A DNA stretch of 59,949 nt, filler included. It is 10 parts of 10 records of this genome, joined end to end, with 100 filler letters (N's around TTAATTAATTAA, not from the genome) between each part and the next. Parts side by side here need not be neighbours in the genome. Positions count along the whole stretch, not along the records: positions 6,812 to 13,982 come from SRR31147125_170202; positions 14,083 to 19,478 come from SRR31147125_170466; positions 19,579 to 25,551 come from SRR31147125_170619; 7 more parts are not named here. One strand, 5' to 3'. The number at the start of each line of letters is the position of its first letter. The first letter of the stretch is position 1. The notes beneath the pieces are model-generated. The model was not told the DNA's origin and searched no databases. It worked only from the letters and a program-made list of their open reading frames with translations. Both the position numbers and the translations under genes were made by a program. Shown one piece after another: positions 10,805 to 20,947 of the stretch.

Positions 10805-12016
10805 ATGCAGTTTGAGCTCGATGGTAATGATCAGCAGGCCAAGATCCGCGTAGTAGGAGTGGGTGGCGGCGGCGGAAACGCAGTTGCCAACATGATAGCG
10901 GAGCAGATGGAGGGTGTCGACTTCATCGTAGTCAACACTGACCACCAGGCGCTGGAGGCCAATCCCGCACCGACGAAAATTCAGATCGGCGGGAACCTGA
11001 CCAAGGGACTCGGTGCAGGGGGTATGCCCGAGGCCGGGCGCAAGGCGGCCTTGGAGGATGTGGCCCGAATCGAAGAAGCCCTGCGAGGTTCCGACATGGT
11101 TTTCGTGGCCGCCGGCATGGGCGGCGGAACGGGAACGGGTGCTGCACCCATCGTGGCCCAGGTGGCCCGCGATGTGGAAGCTCTCACTGTCGGCGTAATT
11201 ACCCGCCCGTTCAGGTTCGAGGGAAGGAAGCGTTTGCGCTACGCCGAGGAAGGTATTTCAGTTCTTGGCGAAGAGGTGGATACCCAGATAGTCATTCCCA
11301 ACGAGCGCCTTTTGGATCTGGAGGAGAACCTGGCCATCAACGATGCGTTCCTCTTTGCAGACAAGGTGCTTTGCAACGCTGTGCGCGGGATCTCAGACCT
11401 GATTACCATTCGCGGAAATATCAACGTGGACTTCGCGGACGTTCGCACCATCATGACCAACCGGGGTCGCGCCCTCATGGGTACCGGCTACGGTAAGGGC
11501 GACGGTAGGGCCGTGGAAGCCGCAGAGATGGCAATCAACAGCCCGCTGTTGGAAGACATCAGAGTGGACGGTGCAACCGGAATCCTAATCAATATCACCG
11601 GTGGACCGGACATGACCATGAAGGAAGTGGCCGATGCGGTTGCCATGGTGGAGGACTCAGCAGACGAGGACGCCCACGTGATCTTCGGCTATGTCTCCTT
11701 GGACGAGCCCTGCGAGGAGGTCAAGTGCACCGTCATCGCCACGGGATTTGCCGGAGACGAGAGCATGCACAGCACCAACGCCAGGCGTGCGGCCCAAACA
11801 CCGAGCCGCGAATATTACGGACGTGGCTCCTCTGAGCGATTCAGCAGGACACCGGCAGCGAGTACCGCTCCTCGTGCTTCCGTGAACCCTGCGGCTTCGG
11901 AGGTTACGGAGCAGGTGCAGATACCGGCGGGAGGCCGAGTTTCAACCGTGCGCGCATCAATGACCTCAGAGGATCACCTGGACATTCCCGCCTTCATTCG
12001 CAAACAAAGCGAGTAG
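10805..12016 (+). CDS. ftsZ: Cell division protein FtsZ
   Basis: GVGGGGGNA, tubulin signature GGGTGTG, NVDFAD, C-terminal LDIPAFIRK. Confidence 0.99.
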   Translation: MQFELDGNDQQAKIRVVGVGGGGGNAVANMIAEQMEGVDFIVVNTDHQALEANPAPTKIQIGGNLTKGLGAGGMPEAGRKAALEDVARIEEALRGSDMVFVAAGMGGGTGTGAAPIVAQVARDVEALTVGVITRPFRFEGRKRLRYAEEGISVLGEEVDTQIVIPNERLLDLEENLAINDAFLFADKVLCNAVRGISDLITIRGNINVDFADVRTIMTNRGRALMGTGYGKGDGRAVEAAEMAINSPLLEDIRVDGATGILINITGGPDMTMKEVADAVAMVEDSADEDAHVIFGYVSLDEPCEEVKCTVIATGFAGDESMHSTNARRAAQTPSREYYGRGSSERFSRTPAASTAPRASVNPAASEVTEQVQIPAGGRVSTVRASMTSEDHLDIPAFIRKQSE

Positions 12017-12082
12017 GTCAGCCCGCAAAGAAGTCCCTGAAAGAGCCCGATTGTTCATAGGACTCCGCGGTTCCAACCGGAT

Positions 12083-12580
12083 TCAGTTGATGGTGATGCT
12101 TTCGACAGTGAAGTTCTCTTCGGCGAAGAAGTCGTTGTCCAGGACGCTGATTGAGGCGGAGTAGTCGCCACCGGAAGCCAGAGAATGTCCTTCGAAATCG
12201 TTGTAGAAGGTCACCGCCAGGTTCAAGCGGTCCTCGCTGAGCGCGAGCATATACTGACCGGAGTCCGAGGGGGTGCTGTCCACTCGAGTACCTTGGGTCA
12301 AGTTATAGCTGACCGAGGTTGCATCGTTGACGACGGCGATGTTGATGGTGCCGTCTGAGAGTAGAGTCAGGAGGTCGGCATCATCGGCTTCGGGGAGTTC
12401 CTCGAGCATGGTCAGGGTGAAGGTGCCGGTGCCGCCGGAGCCGATGGTGACGGTTACCTGTCCGTTCATGTTCTCCTGTAGGGAGTACAGATCGCCTGGA
12501 TCATCGAAGTCGGTTATCAGAGTGCAGCCCGTGGCCAAAAGAAGGACGGCCATGGTCGCGATAGATCTTTTTATGGTCAT
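12083..12580 (-). CDS. Hypothetical acidic lipoprotein
   Basis: Signal peptide with lipobox LATGC. RBS AAGGAG. Beta-rich mature part. Confidence 0.7.
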   Translation of the reverse strand: MTIKRSIATMAVLLLATGCTLITDFDDPGDLYSLQENMNGQVTVTIGSGGTGTFTLTMLEELPEADDADLLTLLSDGTINIAVVNDATSVSYNLTQGTRVDSTPSDSGQYMLALSEDRLNLAVTFYNDFEGHSLASGGDYSASISVLDNDFFAEENFTVESITIN

Positions 12581-12600
12581 CTCAATCTCCTTTTCGCCTG

Positions 12601-13671
12601 TCAGAAGCTCACCGCGGTGCTCAGACCAAGGGAGTCTCCTGTCGCTACTGGAACAACCTTCACGTCGGCTTTGGAGGTGTCCACGGACGCCTCAGCCTCA
12701 CTGTCTTTGTTGGTGATGAGCACTATTACGCCCACCACAGCCGCCGCTGCAGCCACTCCGAAGGAAACGTCGGCGATGATTGCGTTGCGATTTCCGCTGG
12801 TCTTGATGTCGTCACGCTCTGACGCATCGGTCGCATCTTCAAAGTCTTTCTCGTCTCCCAAGGCCATTGTACCGAAGACCGTGCCGGAGACGATTCCGAC
12901 GCCTGCCACAGCTGCAGCGACCCAGAATGCGGTGGGAGGTCCTTCAGACTCGTTGTCTACTTGTATTTCTTCTTCGCCTTCACCTCCACCTTCTTCAGCG
13001 AAGGGATCGGCGAGTGCGCCACCGGCCGCGGGCGAAGCCGAGCCTTCTTCGGCGAAGTCCACTGCGACTTGGGATTTCGCGCCTTCCTCCAAGGTGACCT
13101 GTTTGACCACAGGATCGTACCCGTCGAGATTGAACGCGATTTCGTGATCTCCCGGAATCAGCTCCAGCTTGGCGGGGGTGATCTTGTCGGTGACGGCTCC
13201 GTCCACCATGATTCCGGCCCCCTCGGGTACGGAGGTGACCTCCACCGTGGCCATCATGGCCTTGACCTTGGCCAGGCGCTCCTCGATCTCCGCCCGTTTG
13301 GGCGCTGCCGGGTCTGCAAGGTAAACCTCAAAGTTCTTGATGGCACCCATGAGGTCCCCCGTCTGGATCTGGCATTCGGCAATGCTCTTGAGGACGGTAG
13401 GGTGGGGTTTCAAGTCGTAGGCCGTCTGAAACTCCACCAGAGCTTCCGCATACTGCTTGGCCTCATAGAGCTCTTTTCCTTTGGAGTAGCTCCGGCGAGC
13501 TTCGGCCTGTTGCGGATCCTCGGGTTTTGCCACCTCTGCGGCGACGTCCTTCTTCCTCTTCTTTCTCTTCTTTTTCTTCTTGGCCAGTCCTGTTTCGGGG
13601 ACCGCCACAAAGGCCACGGCCACCAGGACCACGGTCAAGACCTTGAGAAATCGAGCGTAGGTTCCTCCCAT
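12601..13671 (-). CDS. Secreted TPR + PEGA domain protein
   Basis: Signal peptide, TPR helices (GKELYEAKQYAEALVEFQTAY), PEGA (VTSVPEGAGIMVDG..TP..LELIPGDHEI), C-terminal hydrophobic hairpin ending in F. Architecture typical of Myxococcota. Confidence 0.85.
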   Translation of the reverse strand: MGGTYARFLKVLTVVLVAVAFVAVPETGLAKKKKKRKKRKKDVAAEVAKPEDPQQAEARRSYSKGKELYEAKQYAEALVEFQTAYDLKPHPTVLKSIAECQIQTGDLMGAIKNFEVYLADPAAPKRAEIEERLAKVKAMMATVEVTSVPEGAGIMVDGAVTDKITPAKLELIPGDHEIAFNLDGYDPVVKQVTLEEGAKSQVAVDFAEEGSASPAAGGALADPFAEEGGGEGEEEIQVDNESEGPPTAFWVAAAVAGVGIVSGTVFGTMALGDEKDFEDATDASERDDIKTSGNRNAIIADVSFGVAAAAAVVGVIVLITNKDSEAEASVDTSKADVKVVPVATGDSLGLSTAVSF

Positions 13672-13815
13672 TGTTTGCCTCCGCGGTTTCTTTCGATGGG
13701 TTGAATTACACACGAAATCTTAGGAGGTGTAAGAAGGATCGTCAACGTATGGTGTGATGAATTTTTATGTGACCAGTGGCATCTGTTTTGACACCGGGAC
13801 AGGACCTGGGCACCA

Positions 13816-13982
13816 TTGGTGACCATGATGCGAATGGATATACCGGCAATTGTCGTCATCGGAGGCCTTGATCCCTCTGGTGGTGCGGGAGTGCTAGTGG
13901 ATTTTGCGGCGGCAAGGTCCATGGGGGTCCACGCAGCGGCGGTGGTGACTTTGGACACTCTGCAGGACGGTCGTCGCTTTTT
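13816..13982 (+). CDS. thiD: Hydroxymethylpyrimidine/phosphomethylpyrimidine kinase (3'-partial)
   Basis: IGGLDPSGGAGVLVD motif. Exact start codon uncertain. Confidence 0.8.
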
Positions 13983-14082
13983 NNNNNNNNNNNNNNNNNN
14001 NNNNNNNNNNNNNNNNNNNNNNNNNNTTAATTAATTAANNNNNNNNNNNNNNNNNNNNNNNNNNNNNNNNNNNNNNNNNNNN
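13983..14082. other. Artificial contig spacer
   Basis: N44-TTAATTAATTAA-N44. Confidence 0.99.
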
Positions 14083-14520
14083 GGGTCCCTCGATCACATC
14101 GTTGGCGATATTCTCCACAAACACATTCTTCAGGGTTTGAAGGTCGGTGTTGGAGAGACCGTGTTCCTCAGGAACAATAAAAAGATACCCGTCATCATCA
14201 TTCCAGCCCAGGGCCACAGAATTATCATTCTTCAGATTCCAGCGGGCACTCTCTTCCATTGCAGCTACCGACTTGTCCAGATCATTGGAAAAGAGGTAGA
14301 TATCATGCTGATTGGTCATAAACACATGGAGATCCTTCAGATCCCGGATAAGGAGAGTGTTGATGTACTTATTCAACTCCCCGCGGTTCATGACCAGACT
14401 GACATAATTGGTAGAAAAATTGGAAACCAGAAGAATAACAGTGAAAATGAGGATAATCTTGACTGAGATCGGAACGACTCTGACGCCCCCGACATTCTTT
14501 CCTAAAATTTTATCTATCAT
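14083..14520 (-). CDS. Membrane-anchored sensor protein N-terminus, possibly a spirochaete-type adenylate/guanylate cyclase (3'-partial)
   Basis: N-terminal TM (KIILIFTVILLVSNFSTNY) followed by an extracytoplasmic domain. The catalytic domain is not visible. Confidence 0.45.
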
Positions 14521-14663
14521 AATTTATTCTCGATACTTAATTGTACTGCCTATCGAAATTCAAAGCAATAAAAAAATTAGGAGAAACCTCCATACACTGT
14601 TAAATCGTCATTAATACGGAAAATCTCTTGCCACAGCCCTTCCTGAGTTATATCATTTTCAGA

Positions 14664-16010
14664 ATGACAGCTAAAATTGATGAAAATCCAGTCATTCTGG
14701 TGATCGATGATGAAGAAACAATCCGGCAGACCTTCACTTATTTCCTGGAAGATCACAATTACACGGTGCTTTCCGCCGATGACGGCAAAAAGGGATTGGA
14801 AATCTTCCGGGACTTTCAGGTAGATCTTGTTCTGACGGATCTGAGGATGCCCGGGGTAAACGGCCTCGAGGTCCTGCAGACGATAAAAGAGCTCTCCCCG
14901 GAAACTCCCCAGATTGTCTGCTCGGGCACTGGTGTTATCGGCGATGCTGTTGAGGCCCTGCAGATAGGAGCCTGGAGCTACATTCTAAAACCCCTTGAAG
15001 ATTTCTCCGTTCTTCTCCATGCCGTCCGCAATGATCTGGAAAAAGCCCGGTTGAGGAAGGAAAACCGGCAGTATCAGGAGCGTCTGGAAAAGCTTGTGGC
15101 TGAGCGGACAGAAAAACTGATAGAGGCTAACAGGAAACTCAGGCTCCATCAGGAGAATCTGGAGGAGCTGGTCAATGAAAGAACAAGGGAGCTGAAAACC
15201 TCCCTGGAGAACCTGCAGATGGCTCAGACCAGACTGATCGAATCGGAGAAGATGGCCGCACTGGGGGGACTCGTAGCCGGGGTTTCCCATGAAATCAACA
15301 CCCCTGTGGGGATCGGGGTGACTGTGGCCAGTCATCTCGCGGCAAAGGCCGGAGAAATTGAGACCAGATACAGGTCCGAAACCATCACGACCGAAGAGTT
15401 TGAGGATTTCATAAAAACGGTGGGAGAAAGTGCCTCCATGCTCCAGCTGAATATGGAGAGGGCCGCGGATCTGATCCGCAGTTTCAAACAGGTGGCAGTG
15501 GATCAGTCGAGTGAAGAGAGACGGCAGTTCCACATATGCCGGTATATCGATGAAATTCTAATCTCCATGCGATCGGAGTACAAAAAAGCGGGACATGTGA
15601 TCGATGTTTTCTGTCCCGAGCGGATTACTCTGGAGAGCTACCCCGGCGCCTTTGCTCAGATCATAAGCAATCTGATTATGAACTCCCTCAAACACGGGTA
15701 TGATAAGGGAGAAGCAGGGCGGATTTCGATAAAGGTTACAACCTTCGATGAGAGTGTCAGCATCATATACTCCGACGACGGAAAGGGGATACCCGAGGCT
15801 CATATGAAACATATTTTCGAACCCTTTTTCACCACGAATCGAAGCCGGGGCGGCAGCGGCCTCGGACTGAATATCGTCTACAACCTGGTCACCCAGACAA
15901 TGGGAGGTTCTATCGAGTGCAACAGCGCCGAAAAGGAAGGAACCGTTTTTATCATCGAATTTCCCCTTACCCTTCCTCCTGTTCAGGGAAAAGGGATGGA
16001 CACTAAATAG
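14664..16010 (+). CDS. Hybrid receiver-histidine kinase
   Basis: REC (VIDDE..DLVLTDLRMPG..KP), coiled coil, H-box GVSHEINTP, N-box NLIMNSLKH, DDGKG, GSGLGL. Confidence 0.93.
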   Translation: MTAKIDENPVILVIDDEETIRQTFTYFLEDHNYTVLSADDGKKGLEIFRDFQVDLVLTDLRMPGVNGLEVLQTIKELSPETPQIVCSGTGVIGDAVEALQIGAWSYILKPLEDFSVLLHAVRNDLEKARLRKENRQYQERLEKLVAERTEKLIEANRKLRLHQENLEELVNERTRELKTSLENLQMAQTRLIESEKMAALGGLVAGVSHEINTPVGIGVTVASHLAAKAGEIETRYRSETITTEEFEDFIKTVGESASMLQLNMERAADLIRSFKQVAVDQSSEERRQFHICRYIDEILISMRSEYKKAGHVIDVFCPERITLESYPGAFAQIISNLIMNSLKHGYDKGEAGRISIKVTTFDESVSIIYSDDGKGIPEAHMKHIFEPFFTTNRSRGGSGLGLNIVYNLVTQTMGGSIECNSAEKEGTVFIIEFPLTLPPVQGKGMDTK

Positions 16011-16031
16011 GTTTTTCATTATATTCGCAAT

Positions 16032-16379
16032 ATGACAGAACTAACAGATACCCATGCCCAAGAGATAATCAAAACCGGAAAGCTCCCCGCAGAACTGCTG
16101 GAAGGATCGGAAAAAGTCGCCCTGGTGGCCACCCAGGACTGGTGTCCCCAATGGCTTTTTATGAAATCCTGGCTCAAGTCTACGGAACAGGATGGAGTTA
16201 AAACCTACTATATATGTTACAACCGTAAATCCTATTTCAATTCCTTTATGGAGATGAAAGAGGATGAGTGGGAAAACGCTCTCGTCCCCTATGTCCGCTA
16301 CTACCGGAATGGAAAATTCATCGATGACTCCAATTATGTGAGCCGGATGAGTTTTTTATCCGCCTTCGATCAGAACTGA
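16032..16379 (+). CDS. Small thioredoxin-fold-like hypothetical protein (single Cys)
   Basis: TQDWCPQW motif and a later VPYVRYYRNGK segment resembling the Trx cis-Pro region. Confidence 0.55.
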   Translation: MTELTDTHAQEIIKTGKLPAELLEGSEKVALVATQDWCPQWLFMKSWLKSTEQDGVKTYYICYNRKSYFNSFMEMKEDEWENALVPYVRYYRNGKFIDDSNYVSRMSFLSAFDQN

Positions 16380-16447
16380 ACACCTCAAGCTGGAAAATAG
16401 TTTTAGATATATTGGCTTTATTCAAACATTAGTGCTACGATAAATTC

Positions 16448-17520
16448 ATGATGAAAATTGAGAGCATTGAATGGAAAACCATCGGCTGTGGTCTGAAAAA
16501 GCCTTTTAAAACCGCCTTGAGAACCCTCGACTATTTGGAAGTTGTACAGGTAATCGTAAGATCGGATACAGGCGAATACGGAATCGGTGGCTGCGCACCG
16601 ACGGCGGCGATTACCGGGGAAACCATGGGCTCCATAAACGGTGCTCTGGAGATTATCAGCGCCCGTTTGAAGGGTGTGGAAATCGCGGGGCTCGAATACC
16701 CCCTCGAGGTCCTCAACGCGAGTCTAGTGGGCAACACATCGGCCAAGGCTGCGGTGGATATTGCCCTCCACGCTCTTTTTCCCGATCTCTGGGTATTCCC
16801 CTCTACCGCTACCTGGGCGGAGGAAGAGACAGGCTCACCACAGATCTTACCATAAGCCTCAACCCCGCCGAAGAGATGGCCGCCGACGCTGCGGAAGCGG
16901 CAGAAAGAGGGTTCGGAGAGCTGAAACTTAAAGTGGGCGGGCATCCCGATGAAGATATCGACAGAATACTGAAGGTAAGAGAGGCCTTAGGACCGGATGT
17001 AAGTCTCCGGCTTGATGCCAACCAGGGCTGGTCTCCCCGGGATGCTGTCCGGGTCGTGAACACGGCAATGGCGAGGGGTGCCTCCCTGGATTTTTTGGAA
17101 CAGCCCGTGGCCGGAGGTGATTTAAAGGGTATGCGCTGGGTCAGGGAGCGGATCGACATTCCCGTGGTGGCCGATGAGAGTGTTTTCGGTCCCGAAGATG
17201 CGCTGCGTATCATAGAAAATGAAGCCGCCGACGGACTGAATATAAAACTTATGAAATGCGGGGGGATCAACCGGGCCCGGAAGATCCTGGCCCTGGCCGA
17301 GACCGCAGGTCTCTTTTGTATGGTGGGAGCCATGATGGAAAGCCATGCGGGAATAACAGCCGCCGCCCATCTGGGAGCCTCCTCCAGCATCGTAAAATAT
17401 GCGGATCTTGATGTCCCCCTCCTCTGCAGCGAAAAAACGGAGAAGGGGGGCGTTATGTACGACGGACCGAAGATGCGTTTTCCCGACTCCCCGGGGCTGG
17501 GGATGGAGCTCCCGGGATAA
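16448..17520 (+). CDS. Dipeptide (L-Ala-D/L-Glu) epimerase, enolase superfamily (frameshift near 16778)
   Basis: KKPFKTALR, KLKVG, DANQGW, EQP, ADES, NIKLMKCGG, DLD. Restoring one T gives LFSRSLGIPLYRYLGG. Confidence 0.9.
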
Positions 17521-17646
17521 CGAAAAGGGGTGATAGGGGATTATCGCTCAGGACATCCTCTTTACCGGGAATGCCAGCCAGGACTATCCGGAGATCAAAA
17601 AAGACCTCGATCAAACCCGAAAGATGGGGAGAATTAGGCTGGATTT

Positions 17647-18713
17647 TTAGGAAAAAGCCTTTAAGAGTTCCTGATGGAGCTCCTTCCGGAAAATCTTAAT
17701 CTTATTTGCCGTGCTCTCACGTCCGTAGTGGACCCTGTTGGTTAGAGTGACGACTTTGAGCTGACGTTCCGGATCGACCCAGACCGAGGTGCCTGTAAAA
17801 CCGGAATGGCCGAAGGCATTTTCGCTGAAACCTGGTCCGGCGAGGGACTCGGGATCGTCCTGGGTCAGGAACCCCCAGGCCCTGTGGGGAGAAACTCCCG
17901 GGGTCTGGCAGGTTGTCATCCTGCGGACATGCTCCGGAGAGAGTATCTGTTTATCATTCAGGACCCCTTCGCAAAGGAAAAGCTCCAGAATCAGGGCCAC
18001 CGATTCAGCAGTTCCGAAAAGGCCGGCATTCCCCCTTCTCCGCCAAAACACCAGGAGTTTTCATCGTGAACCTCTCCCTGGAGGATCCTTCCCCGCCAGG
18101 GATCATTCTCGGTGGCGGCGCACCGTTCCCGGAGTTCCGGAGCCGGGCAGAAAAAGAGCCCCTCCAGGGCAGCCGGCCGGGTCACCAGCCGGGAAAAGAC
18201 CTCGGAGAGGGAACAGCCGGCGATGCGCTCGAGAATCCGGGTCAAAAGGATGTAGCCTGAACAGGAGTAGAGAACCCCGGTCCCGGGAGTCTGTTCGGGA
18301 ACCAGCGAGTAGAGATGGGCCAGGGCCTTCTCCCGATCAATTTCATCCTCCGTATTAAACAGCCGAAAAATCTCAGGGACTGGAGGCAGGCCGGAGGTGT
18401 GGGTCATAAGAGAGGCCAGGGTCAGATCCGCAGCCTTATCATTCAACTCGGGGATGAAATCCCCGGCCTTCCTCTTCTCCGGAACAATGGATTCCGCTTC
18501 GCAGAGGGCCAGGAAGGAGGTTGTGGTGGCCAGAGGCTTTGTTACAGAGGCGAGGTCGAAGATTTCATCCTCGGTCATGATCTCCTGTTCGGGGTTCACC
18601 CGGGCGAATCCATCGGTTATTGTAAAAACCGGCTTACCGTCCTTCTCGACCTTCAGGACGATTCCGGGGAAGGTCTTATCCTCCAGATGCCTGGTAATTA
18701 TTTTCCGAACCAT
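17647..18713 (-). CDS. Beta-lactamase-family serine hydrolase (AmiE-like; frameshift near 18032)
   Basis: FDLASVTK (SxxK), LMTHTSGLP, YSC, GEVHDEN..G.AGLF, FGHSGFTGTSVWVDP. Confidence 0.88.
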
Positions 18714-18752
18714 GTTCTATCTCCTCACTGTTCCGTTCACCACAGGCGGGTT

Positions 18753-19478
18753 TCAGGATCGGGAAAGTTTCCCCATCACAACCGGCCGCGCAGCGCCGGT
18801 GGCCGCTTCCAGATTGTTGGGCAGGCCGTTATCAAAACACCAGGCCATCAGAGCGAAGGCGGCGGCCTCCTTGAATTCGGAACTCATTCCGGTTTCATCA
18901 CCGGTGAGAATCCTGGTTTCGGGCAGGGCTTTCTGCAAACCTTCCATAATAAGGGGATTGAAGGCCCCGCCGCCGGCAACCACGAGGGCAGAAGGGGTTT
19001 CTGTGAGGAAGTTCCGGCAGGATTCGGCAATCGTCCGTACGGTGTACTCCGCAGCAGTCCGGATCAGATCCGGCCCCGGCTCGAGCCCCGTAAGATATGT
19101 CCGGAAAAACTCACCGCCGAACTCCTCCCGGCCGGTCGATTTCGGCGGAAGCTTAGCCAGATAGGGATGGGTCATCCACTGCTCCAGAACCTCCGTCAAA
19201 ACCCGGCCTTCCCGGCCGATCTTTCCGTCCTTGTCGTAAGCCATTTTCCCGGCGGTGTACTCCGAAACAATGTGGTCCATTATCATATTCCCGGGCCCCG
19301 TATCGAAGGCGACGGGCTCACCGCCGTCTCCAGGAAACCAGGAGAGATTTCCAATCCCCCCGATATTCTGAAAAACCGTCCCGGGTTCGTGTTTTCTCAT
19401 AAGGAGTTTATCCAGAAAAGGAACCAGGGGCGCCCCGCCTCCGCCGGCGGCAATATCACCCACCCGAAAATCGGAAAC
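18753..19478 (-). CDS. anmK: Anhydro-N-acetylmuramic acid kinase (5'-partial)
   Basis: DFR..DIAAGGGGAPLVP, QNIGGIGN, FDTGPGN, PPKSTGREEFG, GGGAFN, KEAAAFA. Confidence 0.95.
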   Translation of the reverse strand, partial: VSDFRVGDIAAGGGGAPLVPFLDKLLMRKHEPGTVFQNIGGIGNLSWFPGDGGEPVAFDTGPGNMIMDHIVSEYTAGKMAYDKDGKIGREGRVLTEVLEQWMTHPYLAKLPPKSTGREEFGGEFFRTYLTGLEPGPDLIRTAAEYTVRTIAESCRNFLTETPSALVVAGGGAFNPLIMEGLQKALPETRILTGDETGMSSEFKEAAAFALMAWCFDNGLPNNLEAATGAARPVVMGKLSRS

Positions 19479-19578
19479 NNNNNNNNNNNNNNNNNNNNNN
19501 NNNNNNNNNNNNNNNNNNNNNNTTAATTAATTAANNNNNNNNNNNNNNNNNNNNNNNNNNNNNNNNNNNNNNNNNNNN
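19479..19578. other. Artificial contig spacer
   Basis: N44-TTAATTAATTAA-N44. Confidence 0.99.
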
Positions 19579-20322
19579 GGGCAGATCTTAAATAGCTCCG
19601 ACATTCGACAGCGCTCACGGGAGTTTGAGAAGAAGCTTGGGATCACCAGAGAGTCCGCTAAGCTATTGGCTAAGATGGCTTCCTCGTTGGATGATGCCAG
19701 CGTGCTTGAATCCAGTGTGGTGAAAAATTTGGAGCAGGTGGCCCGTTTTTGGCAATTGGGCGTGGATTTCCACGACATGCAGGTGGCGGCAAAACATGCC
19801 ACGGGTATTGTGAAGTCTGTGAAGATCTTAGGCGGCGGTAATTTTGAGAGAACAACCGATGTTTCGGTTAGCGAGTCCATTGCTCAGGCCCTATCGCTGC
19901 TTAAAAGTAACCTGCGCTCGGTCCAATTGGAGTTAAATGGTGAACAACTTCCTAATATTTATGGAAATATCACAGAATTAATTCAGATTTGGGTCAATAT
20001 TATAAAAAATGCTTGTGATGCCATGGAGCAGGCTCATACGCCAGAGCCCGCTATTGAGGTTGAGACCCACACCACTGGAAGCTGGATTGAGGTACTGATC
20101 ACTGATAATGGCCCAGGTATTCCTGAGCATTTAAAAGACAAAATTTTTCAACCGAACTTCACCACGAAGAAAAACGGCCTGTCGTTTGGTTTGGGATTGG
20201 GACTGTCCATCGTCATGCGCTTGGTTGAGAGCTATGGTGGTCGGATTTATGTGACAAGTGAGCCGGGCAAGACTCAGTTCCGGATCACCTTGCCGGTGCG
20301 AGAGGGTTATGGAAAAAATTAA
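19579..20322 (+). CDS. Sensor histidine kinase C-terminus (5'-partial)
   Basis: NIIKNACDA, DNGPGI, FTTK, GLGLGL. Confidence 0.9.
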   Translation, partial: GQILNSSDIRQRSREFEKKLGITRESAKLLAKMASSLDDASVLESSVVKNLEQVARFWQLGVDFHDMQVAAKHATGIVKSVKILGGGNFERTTDVSVSESIAQALSLLKSNLRSVQLELNGEQLPNIYGNITELIQIWVNIIKNACDAMEQAHTPEPAIEVETHTTGSWIEVLITDNGPGIPEHLKDKIFQPNFTTKKNGLSFGLGLGLSIVMRLVESYGGRIYVTSEPGKTQFRITLPVREGYGKN

Positions 20323-20785
20323 TATTATCTGCGTGGATGATCAGCGGGAAGTGTTGGATGCTGTTGTACGTGATCTGCAGCCGCTTTCTGAGTGGTTCAC
20401 CATTGAAGAGTGCGAGTCCGCTGATGAGTGCCTGGAGTTATTGGAAGAGCTGGATGATCAAGGCGAACACATCGCTTTGGTGATTTCAGATCATGTGATG
20501 CCAGGCAAAAGTGGGGTCGACATGCTGTCTGAAATTGCTGCTGACAATCGCTATCGACACACTCGCAAAGTGCTACTGACCGGACTAGCCAGCCACCAAG
20601 ACACGATACACGCCATTAATGAAGCGGGTGTCGACCGTTACTTTGAGAAGGCTTGGGATGCCCAAGAGCTGCTGCAAACCTGCAAAACCCTGGTGACCAA
20701 ATTCCTTTTGGATGAAGGCATAGACTACCAAAATATGATGGGGGTGCTGGATGTGCAGGCCCTTTATCAGAGTGGGCGCGTCTAG
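20309..20785 (+). CDS. Response regulator (receiver domain)
   Basis: CVDDQ, VISDHVMPG, LLTG, FEKAW. Overlaps the kinase stop codon. Confidence 0.92.
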   Translation: MEKINIICVDDQREVLDAVVRDLQPLSEWFTIEECESADECLELLEELDDQGEHIALVISDHVMPGKSGVDMLSEIAADNRYRHTRKVLLTGLASHQDTIHAINEAGVDRYFEKAWDAQELLQTCKTLVTKFLLDEGIDYQNMMGVLDVQALYQSGRV

Positions 20786-20797
20786 TTTGATTCCATG

Positions 20798-20829
20798 GTC
20801 CGCTCCTTGTAGGGAGCGGACGACTTTTC
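20798..20829 (+). terminator. Probable rho-independent terminator
   Basis: GTCCGCTCC-loop-GGAGCGGAC followed by GACTTTT. Confidence 0.65.
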
Positions 20830-20947
20830 TCGGTAAAAAACCTTAATTAGACTCTGGTATTGCCTTGTATAAATTGCGTACAATGCGCAACCTATTTTTG
20901 CATTTGTTTTGCAAATATTTTAACCCAATCACACTGTAAGAGCCGCC

